In this document: in pieces, positions 53,948 to 64,000 of the stretch
Layout of the letters: each line of letters begins with the position of its first letter
Position numbering within the stretch: position 1 is the stretch's first letter
From: Eledone cirrhosa
Lineage: Eukaryota
Length of the DNA: 64,000 bases
NCBI GenBank assembly: GCA_964016885.1
Contig: OZ024740.1
Span: forward strand, 36,518,001-36,582,000
Direction: 5' to 3'
Position numbers and translations under genes: made by a program
Notes under the pieces: model-generated
Seen by the model: the letters and a program-made list of their open reading frames with translations, nothing else
Databases searched by the model: none
What the model was told of the DNA's origin: nothing

Positions 53948-54105
53948 AACCCCCAGTCCTATCATCTCATTTCTACAGCTGAGTAAAGTGGAGCAACGTG
54001 AAATAAAGTATCTTGCTCAAAGAAACAACACATCACCCGGTCCGAGAATTGAACTCACAACTTTTCGATAGCAGGTCCAATGCTCTAACCACTAAGCCAT
54101 GCGCT
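53948..54105 (-). mobile_element. tRNA-derived SINE 5' part
   Basis: Closely matches 50679-50835. Confidence 0.78.
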
Positions 54106-54129
54106 TTTACTCGTAGTTTCATTACATCA

Positions 54130-54475
54130 AATACAATCCGATTCAATCCAGGGCCTTCCCACTTCTGTTCGAGGAAGCTCTCCCTGGTTAACCTCCACCA
54201 CTTTCTGTTTGGTTTTGGTTATGTCAGACGTGTAGCCGTATTCACTACGCTTGGCCAATTGCATGTTGGTGAGGCTTTAACCCATGTTTGGGATGAACCG
54301 TTGACTCTGAGGAGTTCATCCGCCCTTTTACAGCTCATCTTTTTTGTGCTGCTGGGGTTCCACCTACCCTTCTCACTGCTCTGGTGGAGAAACCAGCTTA
54401 GTCGTCGGCCATGAGGCAGTTTGTACTTAGTTAAGTTACATGATACTAGTAGCAGGCAGAATCTTGACCTGACAT
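54130..54475 (-). mobile_element. 5' part of an RTE-related element
   Basis: Begins (TATG)n-TCAGGTCA like 61364; contains GAACTC..AGAGTCAACGG shared with 62165-62190. Confidence 0.5.
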
Positions 54476-54497
54476 ACATTCATACAAACATACATAC

Positions 54498-54920
54498 AAC
54501 TCGTTTTCGAGTACGGCCACTACTTTATATCCATGTAGGAGAACCCCTACCGATGCTCTGAACGAGTGTGACTTTTTAGTCCAGCCAGCGACTTGAAAAT
54601 TCTGGTACAAACACTACACTTGTGACAATTATTGACACATAGTGCTGGGAGCATGGTACCATGTGACGACAAGTGCAGAGAGATCTCCAGATATAAAGCA
54701 ATGCCTGTGCCGTGAAGCTTTTATAGTGAGCAAAGGCACTGCACAAAGCCAGTCCCACTCTCTTAACTAAGATGATATTTACCAAAAAGAAGAACAAGTC
54801 AACATCATTGGATACCATCAGGGTTGCAGGTGTTATATCAGAGTTTTCCTTCTCCTAGAATTCTGCCTTGACAAAGGCTAAGGGGTCATCTCTCCCGGTG
54901 ATTTTGGATGGCCATTGACT
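54498..54920 (-). mobile_element. RTE-related non-autonomous element
   Basis: Reverse complement of 61537-61951. Confidence 0.8.
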
Positions 54921-54996
54921 CTTACATACAGACATACATACATAGATACATAGATACATAGATACATACATATATACAAACATACATACATACATA

Positions 54997-55540
54997 AAAA
55001 TATAAGTCAACATAAACGACATAAACGACAAGTGTTAAATAGATTGTTTGCCAGAGATCCTAAATCAATTTATCACAGCTTCAGTGGCAAAAGCTCAATC
55101 TCTGTAAATGACACTTCTTCAAAAGAACAGGTTGAGAGCTACTGGAGATATGTATGGGAAACGGATGATGGATTCAACAAACAAACTAAATGGCTAAAAG
55201 AACTGGAACAGGACTACTGCCAACATGTCCAAACAAAACAATATGACATAGATGGGTCAATACTGGAAACAGCTCTACATAAAATGTCGAATAGGAAATC
55301 ACAAGGCCCAGACCTCATAACAGGATACTGGTTGAAGAAATTCACTTTCTATCGGCAAGGTCTCATACGGCTGTTTACAGAAACCATTAAAGGCACACAA
55401 GAACTGCCCAGATGGTTAGCAACTGCCACTACTCTCCTCATTCCCCAAAATAGCCAAACCACCCTTGCTAAAAATTACCGCCCAATAGCCTGCCAAAACA
55501 TCATGTATAAATTATATACTCGAAATTAAGAGAAAGAGAG
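54997..55540 (+). mobile_element. R4/Dong-like fragment: RT N-terminal region fused to the terminal ~25 nt
   Basis: [31 protein letters not shown]; ends CTCGAAATTAAGAGAAAGAGA + (CATA)n. Confidence 0.8.
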
Positions 55541-55619
55541 ACGCATACATACATACATACATACATACATACATACATACATACATACATACATACATAC
55601 ATACATACATACATACATG

Positions 55620-56875
55620 TTCATTGCTACTTCTTGTCAGAAGAGTGCCATCGCTTCATTCAACTTTACACGATCATGTGCACGCAGGTAACTTTTCAGA
55701 CCAGCATTTGTTTTGCAAGCACGTTCACAAGTATGGTCTTTAGCCAATGCCTCACAATTATCCATATCAATCTTCAGAGCTTTAAGATTGTCTTGTATGA
55801 CATCCCTAAACCGCTTCTTTGGTTGATGCTGTGGCCTCTTCCCTCTGGTCAGCTCTCCATAAAATAACTGTCTAGGCAACTTTCTATCTTCCATCCTGAC
55901 CACATGACCAGCCCAACGCATCTGGTTCATAATAATCCTCCTCTCAATACTGGTGCTACCCCCTTTCTCGTGTACAGTAGCATCAGATGTGTAAGAGGAC
56001 CACTTGGAGTTCCATCAAAGGCAATTTTGTCAAGGGCATTATGAACAGCATCTCGCATTTCTAAATTTTGCAGTTTGGACTCATTTTGGCATCTATACTC
56101 CTGCTGTGCCTATTTTTTTCTAGTCTGCATTTCCATCTTGTCACGAACAAGTTTGTGGTCTGTACCACATTTTGAACTACGCATTACATTTACAGAACAG
56201 AGCAGATATCCTGGGGACTTCTCTTTCTGGTGATAATATAATCATAGATATGTCCATGATTAGATTTCGGGTGTATCCATGTTGTCTTGTGGATCTCCTT
56301 CTGTCGAAAAAGTATTGCACACGACCAGCCCAAACGCAGTGCATAATTGCAGAGAAGACAATTGACAATTATCTTGCCCATGCCGTGACGTCCTAAAATA
56401 GTCCAGACGTGGTTGTCCTTTCCCATAAATGAATTGAAATCTCCAAGAAGCAAGATCTTGTCCGAATGTGGAATCGATGTCATAAACCCTCATAAATCTT
56501 GGTAAAAAGCCATAATTAATTCCTTGATGTTATCCAGGCTAGGGATATGCTGAAATGACAGTCATGAAACGTTCCCTTGAAAAACGAACTCTCAAATGCA
56601 TAACTCAATCATTAATACCTTGTGTTTGCTCCAGCCACTTTGTGGCCTCTGTCCGGACAGCGCAACCTACACCTTCATTTCTTTTCTCTCCATTTGGTTT
56701 CCCTTTCCAGAAGAACGTATAACCAGCACCCCACTCTGATAGATGACCTTCACCCCCCAGACGAGTTTCAGGGAATGCAGCTATATCGATATTATATATG
56801 CTCAATTCTCTGACAACAATAACGTTCTAGATTTGTGAATGATTCCCGTCAAGAAGTATTCTAACACTCCATGTA
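55620..56875 (-). mobile_element. Internally deleted RTE (BovB-like) LINE
   Basis: IDIAAFPETRL, GYTFFWKG, LLGDFN, TTWIHPKS; C-terminal MRWAGHVVRMEDRKLPRQLFYGEL; ends in (TATG)n. Confidence 0.82.
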
Positions 56876-57035
56876 GCAATATTCATACATACATATATAC
56901 AGTATATATAGAGAAAGATATATACATACATGCGTACATACGTACACACACACACATACGCACACACACTTATTTATATATATATGTATACATAAAGAGA
57001 GTGTGTGTGTGTGTGTGCGTGCGGATGTGTGTATG

Positions 57036-57166
<131 letters not shown>

Positions 57167-58030
57167 GTAAGAGTCTCACTGTCTGAATATGGCGAGCGAA
57201 AAAATCAGCTACGCCCGTACGCCAGACTGAAATTCCCTTTGGAGGTGTTCAGGTGATGAGACGCAAGGAAGAGTCAGACCTAATACACCGTATGTTAGTC
57301 CAAGTGTTTGGAAACAATTTCAAATACTACAGTATTGAAAGCTAGTTCAAAGTGTAACAGATATGTTTCAATTATATTAAATCTCTCCAGCAAAGTATAT
57401 TCACTCAGTAAATTGGCTAGACTACATTGTTCAAATATATTTGAGAGGGTAAATAAGCCATGCATTAATTGGGAGAGTGTGCATACAAATAAAGTCTCAC
57501 AATTTGTTTACAGTGAGTGGAAAATAAACTGAAAATAGCTGAAACTATACTCAATTTTAATATCCTACACCACTCCACAGAAATCCATTGTCCCAACAAG
57601 TGTCAAAGGAGGAGTTGTGTACGTGTGTTTTATATGTATAGATCTATTGTATGTTTGTCTAGGGGTGTGTACGGTTGGTTTCATTGGTATGCATGTGTGA
57701 ATATCTGTCCATGTACACTTTACTTTTTATTGTTTCTTTTCCATGAATGACTGGAAAATACTTTTCCGCTGGATTAAACAAAGAAAAGAACTCTTTAGAT
57801 TTGATGGCTCCAGTATAAAAAATAGTCTGAAATTTATTTTCGCTAAAATCTCTTGTGTACTTTAATAGATTAATCGAAATATTTGAGCGACACAAGGGGC
57901 TGTTTTCGCAAACAGAAATATAGGACTACAATTTGAAAAGTTTGTGCGTATGTATGTATGTATGTATGTATGTATGTATGTATGTATGTATGTATGTATG
58001 TATGTATGTATGTATGTATGTATGTATGTG

Positions 58031-58293
58031 TATCTCTTTCTCTTAATTTCGAGTATATTTTTTTGACCGGCCACCTTCCTGGTGGCAAGGTTGTAAAAGA
58101 AAAGAAATTGTCATCCCTTGAATCGCAAGAATGTTTTGCAAATTTTGAAGGTGCCAGCTATCGCAGCCATTTGTAGACTACGAATTAGGGAGCTGCGCTT
58201 TTTGTCCGCAAATCCAAGTTCAGTCATACTTTGGTCTAAGCGGGTTGGTATATAACCCGTAGCTCCAATAATGATGTGTATGAAGCTAAAGGT
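58031..58293 (-). mobile_element. R4/Dong-like 3' fragment flanked by (TATG)n
   Basis: Near-identical to 59362-59626. Confidence 0.85.
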
Positions 58294-58302
58294 GTATGTA
58301 TG

Positions 58303-58336
<34 letters not shown>

Positions 58337-58351
58337 TGTATGTATGTATGT

Positions 58352-58698
58352 ACACCTGCAACCCTGATGGTATCCAATGATGTTGACTTGTTCTTCTTTT
58401 TGGTAAATATCATCTTGGTTAAGAGAGTGGGACTGGCTTTGTGCAGTGCCTTTGCTCACTATAAAAGCTTCACGGCACAGGCATTGCTTTATATCTGGAG
58501 ATCTCTCTGCACTTGTCGTCACATGGTACCATGGGCCCAGCACTATGTGTCAATAATTGTCACAAGTGTAGTGTTTGTACCAGAATTTTCAAGTCGCTGG
58601 CTGGACTAAAAAGTCACACTCGTTCAGCGCATCGGTAGGGGTTCTCCTACATGGATATAAAGTAGTGGCCGTACTCGAAAACGAGTTGGCAGCCACCA
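58352..58698 (+). mobile_element. RTE-related non-autonomous element, 5'-truncated
   Basis: Matches 61616-61962; ends GGCAGCCACC-(ATGT)n. Confidence 0.82.
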
Positions 58699-58949
58699 TG
58701 TATGTACGTACGTATGTATGTACGTAGGTACGTAGGTACGTATGTATACATGTATGTATGTATGTATGTATGTATGTATGTATGTATGTATGTATGTATG
58801 TATGTATGTATGTACGTATGTATGTACGTAGGTACGTATGTATAAATGCATGTATGTATGTATGTATGTATGTATGTACGTAGGTACGTATGTATGTAAT
58901 GTATGTACGTGCGTACGTATGTATGTATGTATGAGTGTATATATGTATG

Positions 58950-59314
58950 AAATGTTGAAAAGGGATGTGAGGAAGGGTTTGTAAGTGGAATTGCTAGGAG
59001 AGCTGTCATGCAATGAGTGGCAAAGCTGGATTAAAGGGACACAAAAGGGCTGATGTAGATTACTTTGGTGCGTAGGGTATAACAATCTGTCATCATTGTG
59101 GTAAAGCCTGTCAATCAGTAGCATGCATAAGGCGGCACATTAAGGTACATGACAACCAGCCATCGATTCGTATTGCCAAAGGTCGTGGATGTAACATCTG
59201 TGTTAGAGCATATAAAACTCTTCCTGGCCTAAAATCACGTCCGTGCTAAAAGCATGCAAAAGTGTGTTTGGAAATTCAGGCGATGGCTACACGAGTGCGA
59301 GGTAGCTGTCCCCA
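58950..59314 (+). mobile_element. Probable SINE body ending in (TATG)n
   Basis: Non-coding segment between microsatellites; recognised only by resemblance. Confidence 0.35.
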
Positions 59315-59360
59315 TGTATGTATGTATGTATGTATGTATGTATGTATGTATGTATGTATG

Positions 59361-61320
59361 TTATCTCTTTCTCTTAATTTCGAGTATATATTTTTGACCG
59401 GCCCCCTTCCTGGTGGCAAGGTTGTAAAAGAAAAGAAATTGTCATCCCTTGAATCGCAAGAATGTTTTGCAAATTTTGAAGGTGCCAGCTATCGCAGCCA
59501 TTTGTAGACTATGAATTAGGGAGCTGCGCTTTTTGTCCGCAAATCCAAGTTCAATCATACTTTGGTCCAAGCGGGTTGGTATATAACCCGTAGTTCCAAT
59601 AATGATGGGTTTGAAGCTAAAGGTGTATCTTGGATACTGGATTTGTAAACTCCTCATCAATGGTCCGTAGATGTCCTCCTTCTCCTGTATTTTTCTAACA
59701 ACGTTTACATCAAGTGAGAAGCTGATCTCCACAACAGAACACGTTTTCAATGTGTGGTCCAACAACAATATCAGGCCGGTTGTGCTTTAATTTGGTGGCA
59801 GTTTTTATTTTCAGGTTCCACCAGTATTCCTTAGTGCCATCTGTCTCAATATATTCTTCCTCGTTTGTTGTTAATTTTGGTTTCCGAAGTGCGTTCCAGA
59901 TGGTTCTATCTATCCCATCATGTCTCATGGGGAGGTAGTAGCGAGATGACATTCTTTCGCAGCTGGCAACAATGTGGCTTACATCCTCGATCTTTGTTTT
60001 ACATAGCCTACATTTATTGTCAGCTGCTGGCCCTCCCCTTTTGTGCAGCAGATATTTGGTAGGGAGTTCTTGTTCCTGTATTGCATAGAGATATCCCTCA
60101 AGGTGTGATGTCATAAACTTGTCGGAACGCCATGCCAGGCTTTTTGAGTGGTTTATCCCCTCTATGGTCTGTGTTTTTCGTCTCAAGTATCCATGCAAAT
60201 CATTTTCTGTAAATTGGTCAATTTTTTCATCTTGTTTGAACATTGAATAGGATCTTCCGATTTCTCTGGGTGAGAGATTTATATCAGGCGTTATTCCATA
60301 TCTCTCCTCCAGATCAGTCGCTATTCTAATGATATTTTATTTTTCATGCTCATAAACCTGGGCAAGATGGTTGCCAACCTTTTTCCTCTGTTGAAGGTGT
60401 TGCTTCAGTGTTACTATCCGGGTCTCATATGTTGTTAATATGGATTTTAGACCCCGGCCATCTTCATTGCGTTAGAAGTAAAGCCTATCCACATCACCAT
60501 TGATGTTAAAGTTCCCAGTAACACTGAGAAGTTTGCGAGTTCTAACATCTATCTCACTTAGTTCTTGCAATGGCCAGTTCAGCAGGCTAAATGTTGGCGT
60601 TAGAATTGGCACAGCATAAGTATTGTGGGCAATGTATTTGTTGTATGCTGACAGTTCTGATGACCATATTTTCTTTACTCTTCTGAGGTATTCAGTTCTG
60701 GTTCTCTCCTTATTTATGGGTCCATCATATTTGACCTTCTCATCCTGTCCAAGATATCTGTAGTTGTCACCTGACTGTAGAGGTTGTATTGTCAGGACGT
60801 TCATCTCTAGATTTCTAGAGGAAGGCACAGCTCTTCCACGTTTTACTGCCAAATATGCACACTTGGACTCACCAAATTTCATTTTGATGTCTGTTGAAAA
60901 TTGTGTAATGAGGTCCAATTGTTTCTTTATGTCATTGATATTTGACCCATACAACTTCAGGTCATCAACAAAGAAAAGATGGGAGATACTTCTGGACCCA
61001 CTTCTTTGTCCACCTTGTTTCCTGAGTGGGTAAGATAGTGGATTTAGTGAGAGAACGAAGAGTAGCACTGACAAACTATCACCCTGAAAGATGCCCTTCT
61101 GGTAATGTATCTTATCAGGCTTAACTTGCTCCTTCTCACCTCTAATGATCAAATTGGTGTACCAGTTCTTGGGGAGGTGTTCAACAGGAGCTACCAATGG
61201 TTGAGGGACTTTGGTTAACTGTAAAGCCTTAATAGTCCACCCATGAGGTACACTATCAAATGCTTTTTGATAGTCCAGCCACACCACAGTCATGTTTCTG
61301 CGATTCTTTATTGTTTTTGT
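59361..61320 (-). mobile_element. 5'-truncated R4/Dong-like RLE retrotransposon, decayed
   Basis: WLDYQKAFDSVPH, GIFQGDSLS, HLFFVDDLKLY, CRLCKTKIEDVSHIVASC, MRHD, HNRPDIVV; both ends in (TATG)n. Confidence 0.88.
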
Positions 61321-61363
61321 TATGTATGTAGGTATGTATGTATGTATGCATGTATGTATGTAT

Positions 61364-61962
61364 GTCAGGTCACCAGTTGGTGCTACTGATAACATGTGTC
61401 CCAGTACAACCTGTCTCATGGTCGGGTCGTTGGCGACTAAACTGGCAACCCCACTAAGGTTTCTTGGTAAGGAGGGTGACTTTGGACATCCTGCAGGATT
61501 AAAAACAAAACCTGTCAAAGGGCAAAGGAGCTCTTAAGAGTCAATGGCCACCGGGAGAGATGACCCCTTAGCCTTTGTCAAGGCAGAATTCTAGGAGAAG
61601 GAAAACTCTGATATAACACCTGCAACCCTGATGGTATCCAGTGATGTTGACTTTTTCTTCTTTTTGGTAAATATCATCTTAGTTAAGAGAGTGGGACTGG
61701 CTTTGTGCAGTGCCTTTGCTCACTATAAAATCTTCACGGCACAGGCATTGATTTATATCTGGAGATCTCTCTGCACTTGTCGTCACATGGTACAAAGGGC
61801 CCAGCACTATGTGTCAATAATTGTCACAAGTGTAGTGTTTGTACCAGAGTTTTCAAGTCGCTGGCTGGACTAAAAAGTCTCACTCGTTCAGCGCATCGTT
61901 AGGGGTTATCCTACAGGGATATAAAGTAGTGGCTGTACTCGAAAACGAGTTGGCAGCCACCA
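61364..61962 (+). mobile_element. Full-length (~600 bp) RTE-related non-autonomous element
   Basis: RTE-5'UTR-like CTAGGAGAAGGAAAACTCTG; flanked by (TATG)n; other copies in the window. Confidence 0.75.
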
Positions 61963-62001
61963 TGTATGTATGTATGTGTGTAAGTATGTATGTATGTATA
62001 T

Positions 62002-62535
62002 GTCGGGTCACTCTTGAGTGCTACTGGTAACATGTAACCCAGTACAACCTGTCGCATGGTCGGGTCGTCAGCGACTAAACTGGCAACCCCACCAAGTTTA
62101 CTTGGTGAGGAGGGTGATTTTGGACACCCTGCAGGACAAAAAAACAAAACCTGACAAAGGGTGGAAGAACTCATAAGAGTCAACGGACATCCGAAAGTGT
62201 GTAAATATGTATATACACATGTACCACGCGGTTAAACCACTGGGAGTGAAGGACCCCTAGCCTTTGTTAGGGCATTCTTCTAGGAGAAGGTAACTCAGGA
62301 AACTGGGATAACTCGGATTTAAAACCTGCGGCTCAGTAGTTACCGATGATGTTGATCTTTTCTTCTTTTACAGCTACTGTCGCTCAGAGAGTGGGATTGG
62401 CTCAGTGCACAGTCTTTCCTCACTTTAAAAAATATCTTCACGCACAAGCATTGCACGATAGAATTAATTAATAATTATTAATAATGTTATATCGTGCAAT
62501 GGCCATACTCGATTACGAGGGAGCAGCCATCTTGT
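62002..62535 (+). mobile_element. Sister subfamily of the RTE-related non-autonomous element, in tandem
   Basis: First ~190 nt parallel 61364-61550; ends GCAGCCATC-TTGTATGTATG. Confidence 0.72.
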
Positions 62536-62759
62536 ATGTATGTTTTATAATTTCACAAATGTTTGCCAATAGAGAGAAAGAGTCGGTTTCTAACATAGTT
62601 ACAAGTCTCTCATTGTAATTTACACAACATCAACTAGGTAGATATGTATGCATGTCTGCATGTGTGTACAGGTATGGATGTTAATGTATGTGTGGATGTG
62701 TATGTTTTGAGTTGTATGTGTGCATATATATACGCTTTCTGTCTGTACATGTGTATATG

Positions 62760-64000
62760 CAGTTATTAGATGCAACATTTGTTAATGTTTTACATATTTT
62801 TACTGTTCCGTTAATGGATTGTACTTGCAATTTCCTAACTAGTTGTGTTCTTTCTATTTCTGTGAAGCCCAGCTTCTCAAGATTTGTACTGAGGCAGTTA
62901 CTAACATATCCCAGTGCCCCAATAATCACAGGCATAAATCTGAAGGTATAGTCAGGGTGGAGTATCTGCAGATTTCTCATTAGTTCTGCATAGATATTCT
63001 CCTTTTGGCTAATCTTTGATATTATATATGTCCCATATCATAATATCTGGTCTGTTATGTCTGCATTTTATTGGGGTTTTACTGGAACATTCCACCAGTA
63101 CTCTTTCGTATTATGTACATGGATGTCTTCCACATTGCTGTAGCTTTTAATGTGTTTATTATCGGGGTTATCTTTTTTACGAACTGCAGTGTACAGTGTT
63201 TTGGCCACTACATCATGCCTCATAGGTAGATAATACCGCGATGACATCTTTGGGCAGCTGCTGATGACATGGGTGATATCCTCGATGTTAGTTCTGCAGA
63301 GTCTGCACTTGTTGTCACATCTAGGTGTTTTGCCTGCATACCTATCTCTTTTGTGAATCAGATATTTCGTGTTAATCTCCTGTTCTTGGATTGCAAAAGC
63401 GTATCCTTCAAAGTGGGAGCCAATATAGCGGTTGTTGGTCCAAGATAGACTACTTTCTTTATCTATATTACTCTTACTCTCGAACTTCCTGGCAACATAT
63501 CCATGCATGATTTTTTGCTGATAAGCATGCAGTTTTTCATCCATGGATTCACTGCGATACTGCTGAGTGACTTCCCTGGATGTGAGTTTTTGATTATCAC
63601 ACAGGGAATATCTCTCGAGGAGTTCTTTCCCAACTCTCATGATCTTATCTGTTTCATGCAGATAGACTTGCTTGAGAGACATGCTCCTACGCTTCGAGGT
63701 TCGTAGATGTTGCAGGAGAGACATGATGCGACATTCAAATGTTGTCTGGACTGATGTTAGGCCTCTGCCTCCCTGCTTACGTTTCAAGTAAAGGCGGTCT
63801 ATGTCACTGTTGATGTGGAAGTTTCCGGTGTTGTTTAGTAATTTTCGAGTTCCAACATCAACTGCTCGGATTTCGTCTATCGTCCAATTGAGTATTCCAA
63901 ACGTTAGTGTTAGGACAGGCACAGCAAACACATTGTGAGCCACTGTTTTGTTTTGCGCAGAGAGTTCCGATGACCAGTTCTTTCTTAATCAGGTGTAGTA
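62760..64000 (-). mobile_element. R4/Dong-like element, second subfamily (runs off the window)
   Basis: DRLYLKRKQGGRGL, AIQEQEI, CRLCRTNIEDITHVISSC, MRHD, PVIIGALG. Confidence 0.87.

Noticed and set aside
60472-61518. 348-aa ORF as a single gene
   Set aside because: Chance read-through from an antisense non-autonomous repeat across (CATA)n into a truncated RT

Overview
This is a repeat-saturated eukaryotic window with no recognisable host gene. The long (TA)n, (CA)n and (TATG)n tracts and the tRNA-derived SINEs resemble octopus/cephalopod DNA (inference). Layout: 1-5.4 kb holds a 60-bp and a 30-bp minisatellite. 5.47-25.8 kb is a head-to-tail minus-strand array of Tx1/L1-clade LINEs from divergent subfamilies (at least 6 segments), with full ends joined by (GATA)n. 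25.8-47 kb contains decayed RTE, SINE and Penelope-like (GIY-YIG) elements carrying at least five intact-core minimal hammerhead ribozyme motifs plus degenerate ones. 47-52.6 kb has a CR1-group LINE and a maT/Tc1-mariner transposon split by a CRE-like retroelement. 54-64 kb is a nest of R4/Dong-like and RTE-related elements bounded by (TATG)n. The most novel-looking signals are in the Tx1 array. All three ORF1 stop codons (TGA, TAA, TAG) sit inside a consensus 5' splice site followed by a pyrimidine tract, which could splice ORF1 to ORF2 in frame. The elements also share 5'-UTR hairpins, an unannotated ORF1 C-terminal domain and a poly(A)-less (ATCT)n end. All calls are by eye; no searches were run.
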